Positions 37,851 to 47,221 of a stretch of DNA of 64,000 bases are shown here, piece after piece (within the stretch, counting starts at the first letter, position 1; every line of letters begins with the position of its first letter). A program made the translations under genes and the position numbers. The stretch is from contig CAZYPN010000003.1 of assembly GCA_964649085.1 (NCBI GenBank), positions 139,076 through 203,075 of the forward strand. The letters run 5' to 3'. The notes under the pieces were generated by a model. That model saw only the letters and a list, made by a program, of their open reading frames with translations, ran no database searches and was not told the DNA's origin. Source of the stretch: an uncultured Burkholderiales bacterium (GTDB taxonomy: Bacteria; Vulcanimicrobiota; Xenobia; Xenobiales; JADMJV01).

Positions 37851-38250
37851 GAGCGCCGGGGGCAATGCCAGTCGGGGGCTCAGCGTAGGCCTGAGCGGCA
37901 CCAGCAACTTCCTGATTTCCACTAACAACATTACGGGCTGCAACTTCGAGGGTATGCAGGTGGCCGTGGGCGACAACGCCAACGCCCGCCTCCGCTTCAC
38001 CAACAACCGCACCCTGGGTAATCTGGTGAACCGCGGCTTGGTTATTTTTCACACCGGTGCCGGCGCTCCCAACACCGGCTGCATTTTTAACGGTAACACC
38101 AGCGACAGGTTTGTCCTGCTACAGAATAATCTCGGCCTCTTCCAAATCGAGCAGTTCGCGCAGTTTAACGGGTCCGGTGGCAACTCGGACAGCCTGAGCA
38201 CCCTGGGGACCATCAACGACGTAGCGGCCGGCAGTCTGGGCATTCCTTAA
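37849..38250 (+). CDS. Small beta-helix-repeat (pectate-lyase-like NxxN/G-rich) protein, possibly a fragment
   Basis: Repetitive NN.TG/NG.T segments (FTNNRTLGNLVNRGLVIFHTGAGAPNTGCIFNGNTS). GTG start. Confidence 0.35.
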   Translation: MSAGGNASRGLSVGLSGTSNFLISTNNITGCNFEGMQVAVGDNANARLRFTNNRTLGNLVNRGLVIFHTGAGAPNTGCIFNGNTSDRFVLLQNNLGLFQIEQFAQFNGSGGNSDSLSTLGTINDVAAGSLGIP

Positions 38251-38837
38251 TCGCGCCAGACGATGCGCAGTCGGTCGGCGGTTTGCATAAAGCGGTTCAG
38301 GTCGAACTCAAGCTGGCCCCCTGGGGTAAGCGGGTCGTCTGAATCTACCGAGGCAATGACACCGCTCATCTGGCTGATTTCAACAGAAACCCCATCAAAG
38401 GCGGCGTCTACATTCCCGGCCACGGGCGATCCGGACGCGTCCACCAATTCGAAATGTTCCTTCTCCAATGTCTCAATCCCTGCCGCTGCAAAGGTGGCCG
38501 GGCCAGGCTCCGTCACGGTGCGAGGGGGCGGTCCCGGCAAGATGACCGGCTTTAGACGCAAGAAGCCGCCATTGTTGCCCTGAGCCTCGCCGCCACTCGG
38601 AAACCCACCCCACGGATAGGCATCGCCAAACCCCACCTCGCCCCCCGTCACTCTCGTGGCCTTCTCATCAAACACCACCCGCCCGTCCTTACGGGCCACC
38701 CGCGCCTCGGAGGGCCCCGCGGCCACGGCGGCGCCCAGCAGGGTGACGCCCTCCACCGAGAATTCGACGCACTGATTGCCGTCGGTTATCTGTTCGCTCC
38801 CAGCTACTTCGCCCTGCGGACTTTCTCAGGTCCGAAA

Positions 38838-39559
38838 GTGTTCATTCCCACGGCTCACGATGAAAAGGAGTTTAGTTGGTCCTTCGCAGGCCATTCGATG
38901 TCCCGTGCCAGCGCCTTTGGTTTTCTGAGCCAGGCCGAGCTCCAGGTTTGCTCACACTACTGGCCGGCATCGAAAGACGTGCCCTATGTGATGGTGCCTC
39001 CCGGTCTAGAGGCCGACTTGGGCCAGGAGGAACCCCTGACGCAGGAGCTTCCCGAACGTTTTTTCTTTGCTTTGGCAGAGTCGAGCGCGGCAAGGGCATT
39101 GAATTACTTTACCAGCAGGCGCCTCCTGAAGTCCGGTTCGTGGTTGCCGGACGTCAGGGGCACGCCTTTCCGCCCGATCCGCGATTTCTTTTTGTCGGGC
39201 CTGTGAGTGAAGGACAGAAAGTCTGGCTTCACCGACGTGCCCTGGCCCTGGTAGTGCCATCCTTGCGTGAGTCCTACTCGATGGTTACTGCCAACGCTAT
39301 CGCCCTAAACTGCCCGGTTCTTGGGCTCGAGGGTTGTAAGGCCGTCGAGGAACTCATCGAGCAATACGGCGGGCGATTATGCCAACTTGAGCAACTGGGA
39401 GAAACCCTTACCGGCTTGTGGACGGGAAGGCTCCCGGCCCTCGAAAAAGCCTTGCTGGTGGACAAGATTCAGCGGGAGCGCTCCTGGATGGCTTCGGCTC
39501 GGCAGTTGAAGGAGCTTCTCCAGGTTCTGACCCGCCAAGTCGTTGACTCGTCAGGCTAG
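38838..39559 (+). pseudogene. Truncated, frameshifted GT4 (GT-B) glycosyltransferase
   Basis: The C-terminal domain is intact in frame 2 (FLCFGRVERGKGIELL...RFVVAGRQG...LVVPSLRESYSMVTANAIALNCPVLG). Only ~70 aa remain upstream, in frame 0 (MFIPTAHDEKEF...), and most of the N-terminal domain is missing. Confidence 0.55.
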
Positions 39560-39639
39560 AAGCCGCCTGCACGGCCCCAGGAACGGCTGTTCGGCACTGT
39601 AATGGCAGGAATGGGCTGTCTCGGCTCGTAGAGTTTAGC

Positions 39640-41358
39640 GTGGTGCTTCCCAACGGTTGCGAGAAACGCTCTGGAGACGATTTCTGGACAGCACCGGAAG
39701 CGCCAATTGACTACTGGGGAGAGCTCTCGCTGCAGGATATGCAGCAACTGATTCAAGAAGCCAGTGCCTCTCCTCAGCCCTTAACAACCCTCTTCCATTT
39801 CCTGGCCTCCCATCGTCGCTCTGATTTGTATGCCTACGTTGCCGATCACGTCGGGCGCGGAAGTTGGCTCAACCTGATTCAGCCCGCCTCCAAGTTGCGC
39901 GCCCTGGACGTGGGTGCCGGGCTCGGCGGGGTCAGCCGTGCCTTATTGGATCGCTACCAGGAAGTCTACAGCATCGAAGGCTGCCGACAACGCTGCGAAT
40001 GGATATCCACCAGTCTGCGTGCTTTTCGAGATCGTTTGATGGTGATTCACGGAGGGGTACATCAGCTACCCTTTCCCGATGCCAGCTTTGACCTGGTTTG
40101 TTGTAATGGCGTGCTGGAGTGGGTCGCTTTCGGAAGAGAGGGCCCGGTTACCGAACTTCAAATCCAGGCCCTGCGAGAGTTCCGTCGAGTGCTCAAGCCT
40201 GATGGCATTCTTTACGTGGGTATTGAGAACCGGCTCGGTTTGCAGTATTTTCGCGGGGGTCTCGACCATCCCGGTACTCGCTTTACTTCGTTGATGCCCC
40301 GCTGGCTGGCATCGATGGTGTGTAGTCGTTCCCTGGGTGGAGAGATTTTCTCGATGGGCAGGGCCTTTCAGAGCTATCGTACCTATACTTACACCCGACC
40401 CACCTATTTGCAATTATTCAAGGAAGCCGGACTTCATCACCTTGAAACCTACTGCGCAGAACCTTGCTACAACAATCCGCGCTATATTTTTCCTTGGAAC
40501 GTGCGGGGTTCCGAGTTTGCGACTTTTTCCCGGTTGATTTTGGGCAGAGGGCGAAATCTGCCCCTCTCTCGAAACCTTTGCAACTCACTTCTTTTCTTTG
40601 CCGCTCCTGAGCCTGTCGATGTGCCTCGGGAGGAATCGCCGGTTTGGATTGGGTTCAATGGGAAACTGAAAATCCGTGGTCAGGCCATCGTCCGAGAAAC
40701 CGAGGCGGGGTCCGTCGCTTCGCCCCCCTTTTCCGGTTACGCCGGCCATCGCTGCCGCAGCCCCAGACTCACCGAAGCCCACGTCGCCGGCAGTTATCGC
40801 GAGTTTTTGGCTAGCGAGCGTAGTCGTCGAAAGAACTGGCCGATGACTGAAGTCGAGAGTGCCTTTCGTCAGCTTTTCTCAGCCTATTTCCCGGCGGAAG
40901 TCATCGACCGCTTCCTGGAAGAAATCGCCTCTCATCATCAGTCCAATCGATATCACGGCGATTGCGTCCTCGAGAATCTGATGCTTGACTCTCGCCTGCG
41001 AGGCCATTGGATTGATGAGGACGATGCTCCTTTCGGAAGCCCGGCTCTAGACGCCGCAGACCTGGTGGGCGATTGGGTCTGGTGTCGGCGTGGGGATTAC
41101 TTCCCGGCCGTCGACGTCTCGGGACTGTGCCGCTCTCTCGAGATTCGCACGGACGACCGGTTGCTCTTCACGCTGGCGGCATTGCGGCGTAGTTTACGCT
41201 CTTCACACCTGGTTCGGGCCCACCCGGCAGCCATTCTAGAGCTGCGGGTCGCCCTCGATTGCTGGAGCGGCCAGCGGCGGCTCACACCTTTTCCCCGTGG
41301 AAGCTGGAAGCAGCGGTTGTATCGCCAGTTGCACTGGTTAAGGGCGAAGAAACTTTGA
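39640..41358 (+). CDS. Bifunctional SAM-methyltransferase / APH-like kinase (WbdD-like glycan chain terminator)
   Basis: N-terminal LDVGAGLGGVSRALL and VLKPDGILYVGIEN (class I methyltransferase). C-terminal HGDCVLENLMLD...HWIDEDDA (aminoglycoside/choline-kinase-like HGDxxxxN + IDxE Brenner motifs). Its stop overlaps the wzm start. Confidence 0.65.
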   Translation: MVLPNGCEKRSGDDFWTAPEAPIDYWGELSLQDMQQLIQEASASPQPLTTLFHFLASHRRSDLYAYVADHVGRGSWLNLIQPASKLRALDVGAGLGGVSRALLDRYQEVYSIEGCRQRCEWISTSLRAFRDRLMVIHGGVHQLPFPDASFDLVCCNGVLEWVAFGREGPVTELQIQALREFRRVLKPDGILYVGIENRLGLQYFRGGLDHPGTRFTSLMPRWLASMVCSRSLGGEIFSMGRAFQSYRTYTYTRPTYLQLFKEAGLHHLETYCAEPCYNNPRYIFPWNVRGSEFATFSRLILGRGRNLPLSRNLCNSLLFFAAPEPVDVPREESPVWIGFNGKLKIRGQAIVRETEAGSVASPPFSGYAGHRCRSPRLTEAHVAGSYREFLASERSRRKNWPMTEVESAFRQLFSAYFPAEVIDRFLEEIASHHQSNRYHGDCVLENLMLDSRLRGHWIDEDDAPFGSPALDAADLVGDWVWCRRGDYFPAVDVSGLCRSLEIRTDDRLLFTLAALRRSLRSSHLVRAHPAAILELRVALDCWSGQRRLTPFPRGSWKQRLYRQLHWLRAKKL

Positions 41359-42206
41359 TGTCGAGTCCGGACCCGCCACTCCGGGTGTTCTCCGCCCGTC
41401 GTAACCCTTTCAGCCTTGAAAGTCTCCGAGAAATTTGGCTCTACCGGGAGTTGCTGGTGTTCCTCTTTCGCAGAGATATCAGCGTCCGATACAAACACGC
41501 TGCCTTGGGGCTCGCCTGGGTGTTTATCCAGCCCCTGCTGCTGACACTTACCCTGGCCACCGTCTTTCGCGCTCCATCAGGGGGGTTATCGGTTTTGCAG
41601 TTCAGTTGTTATGTATTTACAGGGCTGGTCCCTTGGATCGTGGTTTCTCGGTCGTTGAGCGAGGGAGCCTCCTGTTTGTTGCAAGACCAGAAGCTATTGA
41701 CCCGAGTCTATTTCCCTCGCGTGCTAATACCGATGGCCTCGGTGCTGGCGGGTCTTTTCGATTGTGCCCTGTGTTTGCTGGTAACGGTGCCCGCGATGGC
41801 GGTTTTCGGCCTGTTGCCCTGGAGCAGCCTGCTGGGGATCCCCTTGGTTTTGCTGGCTACGGGTATAACGGCCCTGGGCTGCTGTTTGTGGTTGTCTGCT
41901 CTCAACGCCGAATTTCGCGACGTGCAGTACGTCATCCCCTTTCTGACCCAGCTCTTGTTTTTCGCCTCTCCCATTGTCTATCGCACGAGTCACCTGGGGA
42001 ACTCCAAATGGTTGTTGATTTTCCAGGCGAATCCGGTGGCTTATGTCCTGGAACTGAGTCGCAGCTTGCTGCTGGCGGAGCCGCTCCCCGCCCTTCCCAG
42101 ATTGCTGATCGGGGCTATCGGTCTGATTTGTTTCGTGTGCGGAGGGTTCTTGTATTTTCGATGGCGCGAACGGGTTCTGGTCGATTTGATTGGAGGCCAG
42201 AGCTGA
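41358..42206 (+). CDS. wzm: ABC-2 type polysaccharide export permease (Wzm-like)
   Basis: The ATG at 41358 overlaps the upstream stop. Six TMs with the ABC-2 pattern. Its stop overlaps the wzt ATG. Confidence 0.8.
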   Translation: MSSPDPPLRVFSARRNPFSLESLREIWLYRELLVFLFRRDISVRYKHAALGLAWVFIQPLLLTLTLATVFRAPSGGLSVLQFSCYVFTGLVPWIVVSRSLSEGASCLLQDQKLLTRVYFPRVLIPMASVLAGLFDCALCLLVTVPAMAVFGLLPWSSLLGIPLVLLATGITALGCCLWLSALNAEFRDVQYVIPFLTQLLFFASPIVYRTSHLGNSKWLLIFQANPVAYVLELSRSLLLAEPLPALPRLLIGAIGLICFVCGGFLYFRWRERVLVDLIGGQS

Positions 42207-43453
42207 TGTCCTCCCTGCCAAGTATTCGCGCTTTGGGGCTGGGAAAGTCCTATCGTCGCGGGCAAGCTTCGCGTTATCGCAGCCTGCGAGAGGTACTTTC
42301 GGGTTTGATTCGTCTGCAACGAAAGCAGTTGGGCGCGGCCCGGGCCACGGAGTTTCGTGCCATCGACGATGTCAACCTCGACATCTGGCCCGGTGAGGTC
42401 GTGGGGCTGATCGGTCGGAATGGTGCAGGAAAGAGCACCCTCATTCGATTGCTCAGCGGCATAACTGCACCGTCGTCAGGACGGTGCGAAGTTCGCGGCA
42501 CGGTGGGCTCGCTGCTCGAGGTTGGAGTGGGTTTCCATCCGGAGCTCAGCGGTCGCGAGAACATTTTTCTCAATGGCGCCATCTTGGGGATGTCCTCAGC
42601 CGAAGTGCGTCGCTCCCTTCAACAGATCGTAGACTTCTCCGAAATTGGCGATGCCCTGGATACTCAGGTTAAGTACTATTCCAGCGGTATGTATGTCCGA
42701 CTGGCCTTCTCGGTCGCAGCGCACCTTACGACCGATATTCTTTTCGTAGACGAAGTGCTGGCCGTCGGGGACGTTGCCTTTCAGCGAAGGTGTTTGGGAA
42801 AGATGGATGACGTAGCTCGGTCGGGACGGACCGTAGTGTTGGTCAGTCACAACATGGCTCCCATCCAGGCGCTTTGTAGCCGTGCAGTGTTGCTCGATAA
42901 AGGCCGTTTGATAGAGGATGGGCCGCCGGAGAAGATTATCGAGCATTACCATCGATTGTGCAGTCAGACGCAACAAGCCGACTTGCGCTCCCGTCAGGAT
43001 CGACGTGGTGACGGATTCGCTCGCTTTACATCGGTTGAGTTCGCCAATGCCAGCCAGCCCGAGTTGGGTACTCTTCGCTGCGGAGACCGGGCTCGGGTGG
43101 TCCTCGAGTATGAGTCAGACCGCGAACTGGAGGGCGTCGCCTTCATGGTTGGTCTCTATGGGTCACTGGGCCAGCCGCTCTATCGACTCGATAGCGAGAA
43201 TGCCGGAGGGCTGACGGGTCGGTTTCCGGCTCGCGGGAAGCTCGTCTGCGATACCGACCCCATCACTCTCAGTCCGGGTCGCTATTCGTGCAACCTGGCG
43301 TTAATGATGCGAGGCTCCGTTGTGGACCACGTCGAGACAGCTTACTGGCTGGACATTGATTCCCAAGACTTCTATGGGACCGGCAACTTGCCCAGTCCGC
43401 TGGAGGTTCCGATTTTGATACCACAGAAATGGGAGTTGATTGAATGCCGGTAA
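42206..43453 (+). CDS. wzt: ABC transporter ATP-binding protein (Wzt-like) with a ~160-aa C-terminal beta-sandwich extension (Wzt_C-like glycan-cap-binding domain)
   Basis: GLIGRNGAGKSTLIRLL (Walker A), YSSGMYVRLAFSVA (signature), ILFVDEVLAVGD (Walker B). A further 160 aa follow the NBD. Confidence 0.85.
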   Translation: MSSLPSIRALGLGKSYRRGQASRYRSLREVLSGLIRLQRKQLGAARATEFRAIDDVNLDIWPGEVVGLIGRNGAGKSTLIRLLSGITAPSSGRCEVRGTVGSLLEVGVGFHPELSGRENIFLNGAILGMSSAEVRRSLQQIVDFSEIGDALDTQVKYYSSGMYVRLAFSVAAHLTTDILFVDEVLAVGDVAFQRRCLGKMDDVARSGRTVVLVSHNMAPIQALCSRAVLLDKGRLIEDGPPEKIIEHYHRLCSQTQQADLRSRQDRRGDGFARFTSVEFANASQPELGTLRCGDRARVVLEYESDRELEGVAFMVGLYGSLGQPLYRLDSENAGGLTGRFPARGKLVCDTDPITLSPGRYSCNLALMMRGSVVDHVETAYWLDIDSQDFYGTGNLPSPLEVPILIPQKWELIECR

Positions 43454-44151
43454 CACACCTTCGTTCCTGGTTGCGCACTGGCTACCATCGTCTGCGCCGG
43501 CTTCACGGTTTGCTCTTCAAACGCTGGCATCTGTTGCTCGGATTGCAGCCCCTCAGGCGTTATGCCACTTGGGACCGCTCCCTTCCCATTTGCAGGCACT
43601 ATATTCAGGCATTTATGGAGGCTCATCGCCAATACATCCATGGCCATGTCCTGGAGTTTCAGAATGATGCCTATGCCAGTCGCTACGGGCGCCAGGCGGT
43701 CGACCGGCTGGCTATTTTGCATCGCGACCCCGGCAATCCGGAGGCTACCATGGTGGCTGACATTACCGTCCCGGGGTCTCTTCCCGAGAACACCTTCGAC
43801 TGTATCATTTGTACTCAGGTCATTCACATGATCGCCGAGTTGGATGTGGCTGTTCAAGAGCTGTATAGAAGCCTCAAGCCCGGTGCGAGCTTGTTGCTCA
43901 CGGTCCCCCAATCCGGGCCGAGTTACCAAGGCATCACAGAGTACTGGCGTTTCACGGAGGCGGGGTTGGAGCATTTCTTGCGCAAGAATTTGCCCACGGC
44001 TCAAGTGACCTGCACCAGTTACGGAAATAGCCTTACGGCTGCGGGCGAGATGAGAGGTTTATCAACTTTTGAATTTACCGAGGCGGAACTGAATGCCCAC
44101 GATGGCTCCTTTGGCATCATTGCTGCGGCGCACGTCACCCGTCCGTGCTGA
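43444..44151 (+). CDS. Class I SAM-dependent methyltransferase
   Basis: HVLEFQNDAYASRYG...DCIICTQVIHMIAEL...LKPGASLLLTVP has a type-11 methyltransferase fold pattern. Its start overlaps the wzt stop. Confidence 0.65.
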   Translation: MPVTHLRSWLRTGYHRLRRLHGLLFKRWHLLLGLQPLRRYATWDRSLPICRHYIQAFMEAHRQYIHGHVLEFQNDAYASRYGRQAVDRLAILHRDPGNPEATMVADITVPGSLPENTFDCIICTQVIHMIAELDVAVQELYRSLKPGASLLLTVPQSGPSYQGITEYWRFTEAGLEHFLRKNLPTAQVTCTSYGNSLTAAGEMRGLSTFEFTEAELNAHDGSFGIIAAAHVTRPC

Positions 44152-45110
44152 GAGAGGCTCTGCTTTTTCGCTTCAAGCTCTGGCATGTGAGATGGCGGGG
44201 TCGCTGTAGTCCCGGGGGAGCAATCGTCCTTACCTATCACAGTGTGGCTCGAAGGGCCCACGATCCTTTCCAACTCGCTATTTCGCCCGATGTCTTTCGT
44301 CAGCAGATGGAGTGGCTCCGAGACCACTGCCAACCTGTGCCGCTGTGCGAGCTCGATAACCTTCGCTTGCGGGGAAAAGGGCAACGATGGGTAGCGGTCA
44401 CTTTCGACGATGGTTATCGCGACAACCTGACAGCAGCACTGCCCATATTGCGTGCGCTCTCCATTCCAGCGACGGTTTTCGTGACCACCCGGGCCCTTGA
44501 GCAACAGCAGACCTTTTGGTGGGAACGCTGGACGCAGCTCGAGCGCGAGGCGCCCGCCGACCGCTGGCCGCTTTTTCCCTGGCAGGCTCGAATGCAGCGC
44601 AAGGGTCTGCCTCAGGCTCGTCTGCACAGCGGGGCACGCTGGCTGAGAGCGCTACTCCCGGAGGTGCGAGAGGCCTGGCTGGGGCGCGAGCAACTGGAGT
44701 TGGGAGTAAGGTTTCCCGAGGAGGTTGCTCCGCTTTCTATCCCCGAGTTGCAGCAGTTGGCCACACATCCCTTGATAGAGGTCGGCGCCCACACGGTGCA
44801 TCACTCTCCCTTGACGGCTTTGCCTCCCGAAATGTTGCGTGATGAAGTCGAAAGGAGTAAGGAAACTCTCGAAGGTTGGCTGCAGCGTCCGGTGCATAGC
44901 TTTAGCTACCCTTTTGGTGGCCCACTTGACCATAGTGCGGCAACCGAGGTGACGCTGGGTCATCAGGTCGGATTCTACCGCGCCTGCATCAATTATCCCG
45001 GGCTGTACAACGAGCATCAATCGCAGCTGGCTATTCCACGATTCCAGGTGGCTGCGGGCGACCCCGCCGGGTTTGGAGCCTGGGTTGAGCGTCTCTTCAC
45101 TTATGGGTAG
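44145..45110 (+). CDS. Polysaccharide deacetylase (NodB-homology / CE4-like) family protein
   Basis: VAVTFDDGYRDN (the TFDDG motif), ATVFV, and a His-rich catalytic region HTVHHSPL. Confidence 0.65.
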   Translation: MLREALLFRFKLWHVRWRGRCSPGGAIVLTYHSVARRAHDPFQLAISPDVFRQQMEWLRDHCQPVPLCELDNLRLRGKGQRWVAVTFDDGYRDNLTAALPILRALSIPATVFVTTRALEQQQTFWWERWTQLEREAPADRWPLFPWQARMQRKGLPQARLHSGARWLRALLPEVREAWLGREQLELGVRFPEEVAPLSIPELQQLATHPLIEVGAHTVHHSPLTALPPEMLRDEVERSKETLEGWLQRPVHSFSYPFGGPLDHSAATEVTLGHQVGFYRACINYPGLYNEHQSQLAIPRFQVAAGDPAGFGAWVERLFTYG

Positions 45111-46413
45111 GCCCTCTGTGCTGTTGATTAGCACAAGTGGCTCGGGCGGCGGGGCGGCGTTGGTCGCTGCCCAGATGCATCGGGGGTTTCTAAAACGAGG
45201 GTATTTTTCCAGGCTTGTGGTGGGCCGCGAGCCCCTCGATACCTCAAATTGTATCGTGCTCCCGGCGCTGGACGGACGACACAGAGACTTTCTTCGCCGC
45301 CAGGAGTGGCAAATTCGCAGTTCTCCCTGGGGACGAGCGCTGGGAGCTTTGATGCGACCTCGGGGCGCCTGGCAGCGGTTTAGAGGATGGGTAGATACCG
45401 ATTTCCCCGAGTCCAGACACCTTGTGAAGTTGGCCGATTCTTGCGATGTGGTGATCGTCCATAATGTCCACGGTCAGTATTTAGACTATCGAATTTTAGC
45501 CGAGATTGGCCGCCGCAAGCCAGTTCTTTGCATGCTGCACGACTGTTGGTGGTTTACTGGAATTTGCAGTCACCCCTTTGGATGTCTGGGCTACCGCAGC
45601 GCCTGCGGGCAGTGTCCCCTTTTCGAGGGGCGTCGCTGGCGGGACCAAACCCGTCGGAATTTTGTTCAGCGCCTGGATCTCGTTGAGCGGGGTCGCCTTC
45701 ACGCGCTGGCGCCCTCGCGTTGGATTTTCGAGAAGATGCAGGAGTCTGCGGTGGGTCGTGCTTTCGCCTCTCGGCATCTTTTGCACAACAGCGTGGATAC
45801 CGATTTTTGGTCTCCAGGGCATGTGTCCCGACTTGAGTTAGGACTTCCCGAGTCGGGACTTTGCCTGCTGGCTGCCGGTGCCAACTACTCTCGAAATTCC
45901 GCCAAGGGATGGCCGCACTTGCTCAAGGCCTGGTTGTCCGTGCGCGAGCAACTACCTCATCCGCGAAAGCTTGTCGTCTTGGGATTCGACGAACCCGTGA
46001 ACGGGCTCCCCGACGTTATCGCGCTTCCGTTCACGCATGATGCCAAGCGTTCGCGGGACTATTTTCGCGCTTGTGATGCTTTTGTACACCTGGCCGAAGT
46101 AGAGAATTGCCCGCTTGTCCTTCTCGAGGCGCTGGCCAGCGGTCTTCCCATTGTTGCCAGTAACCGCGGGGGGATCCCCGAAATTCTGGAAGGAGTGGGC
46201 GAGGTCGTCGAACTCGAGCAGCCGGCCCAGATTACCCGGGCGCTCCTTGCTCTTGGCGATGCGCAGGAACGTGGCAGACGGCAGGAGGCCGGCCGGAGGC
46301 ATGCTCTGCAAAGCTTCGCTGAGGAAGATTGGTTCAGCTCGTTGGAGGAGTTACTGGCGGACCTGTTGGGTGGTCAGGCTTTTCAAACAGAACCAGGGCG
46401 TCCCGAGGAATGA
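45103..46413 (+). CDS. GT4-family (GT-B) glycosyltransferase
   Basis: C-terminal FVHLAEVENCPLVLLEALASGLPIVASNRGGIPEIL (the E..G..LLEAMA.G.PV.A motif). N-terminal SVLLISTSGSGGGAAL. Confidence 0.8.
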   Translation: MGRPSVLLISTSGSGGGAALVAAQMHRGFLKRGYFSRLVVGREPLDTSNCIVLPALDGRHRDFLRRQEWQIRSSPWGRALGALMRPRGAWQRFRGWVDTDFPESRHLVKLADSCDVVIVHNVHGQYLDYRILAEIGRRKPVLCMLHDCWWFTGICSHPFGCLGYRSACGQCPLFEGRRWRDQTRRNFVQRLDLVERGRLHALAPSRWIFEKMQESAVGRAFASRHLLHNSVDTDFWSPGHVSRLELGLPESGLCLLAAGANYSRNSAKGWPHLLKAWLSVREQLPHPRKLVVLGFDEPVNGLPDVIALPFTHDAKRSRDYFRACDAFVHLAEVENCPLVLLEALASGLPIVASNRGGIPEILEGVGEVVELEQPAQITRALLALGDAQERGRRQEAGRRHALQSFAEEDWFSSLEELLADLLGGQAFQTEPGRPEE

Positions 46414-47179
46414 AGTTCAGGTCATGTTCTCGGATCGTAAAGCCAAGGTGGTGCAAGAAGGCCTCCATCAAATCGGGGGACATCACACCAAAGGCCCCGT
46501 AATTCTGACGAAACTCCAAGTTGTCCTCAAGAGCGAAAACAAATTCTTCAATTCCCAGCCGGCTGGTCGCGTTGGAGTAGTGAATCAGCGCGACGCCCCC
46601 GGGACGTAAGATTTGAAATAGCTGTCGCAGGTAGTAGTAGACCAGCCTCGGTTCAAAGTGCACAAACACATCGAAGCTGACGACAGCATCCACGCTTGCC
46701 GGCGGTAGAGCAAGATGTTTCCCATCCCCGAGCAGAAAGCTGAGTCGGGGTTCATGGGAGAAACGTTTGCGCAAATGCCTCAACATCTGGGCGCTTGCGT
46801 CCACGGCAATCACCGGGCCGAGCCTGAGAAGCCATTCGGTCAATCTCCCTCCTCCTGGCCCGATTTCGCAGATTTGACCCTTAATGTGGGGCTCTAGCCA
46901 TCGAGAGTATAGGCGGGGAAGCAACTCTTGGGCATCCTCTGGAGTCAGCCCATAGGTCGCCGACACACGAGGGGAGGTCTCACCGGTCCACTCATCACCG
47001 AGAAACTTGACCTGGAAGCCTTCGAAGACTTCAAACTGCTCTGGATTCCATTCGTTGGCGTAGTCGTTCCAGCCCGAGGCGATCCTTTTGGATTCGCCGA
47101 CACCTAGAACGAATTCGATTCGGCGCCGAATCTGGAGCCATTTCTTGAGTAATCTTCGGTAAATTCGGGCCGGCGACAT
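46334..47179 (-). CDS. Class I SAM-dependent methyltransferase
   Basis: ICEIGPGGGRLTEWLL (motif I) and LRPGGVALIHYSN (motif III). Convergent with the GT4 gene. Confidence 0.65.
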   Translation of the reverse strand: MSPARIYRRLLKKWLQIRRRIEFVLGVGESKRIASGWNDYANEWNPEQFEVFEGFQVKFLGDEWTGETSPRVSATYGLTPEDAQELLPRLYSRWLEPHIKGQICEIGPGGGRLTEWLLRLGPVIAVDASAQMLRHLRKRFSHEPRLSFLLGDGKHLALPPASVDAVVSFDVFVHFEPRLVYYYLRQLFQILRPGGVALIHYSNATSRLGIEEFVFALEDNLEFRQNYGAFGVMSPDLMEAFLHHLGFTIREHDLNFIPRDALVLFEKPDHPTGPPVTPPTS

Positions 47180-47221
47180 CCGTTCAGTTTAGGGGTTCCG
47201 CCTGGATCTCCTCCGCGTGCC

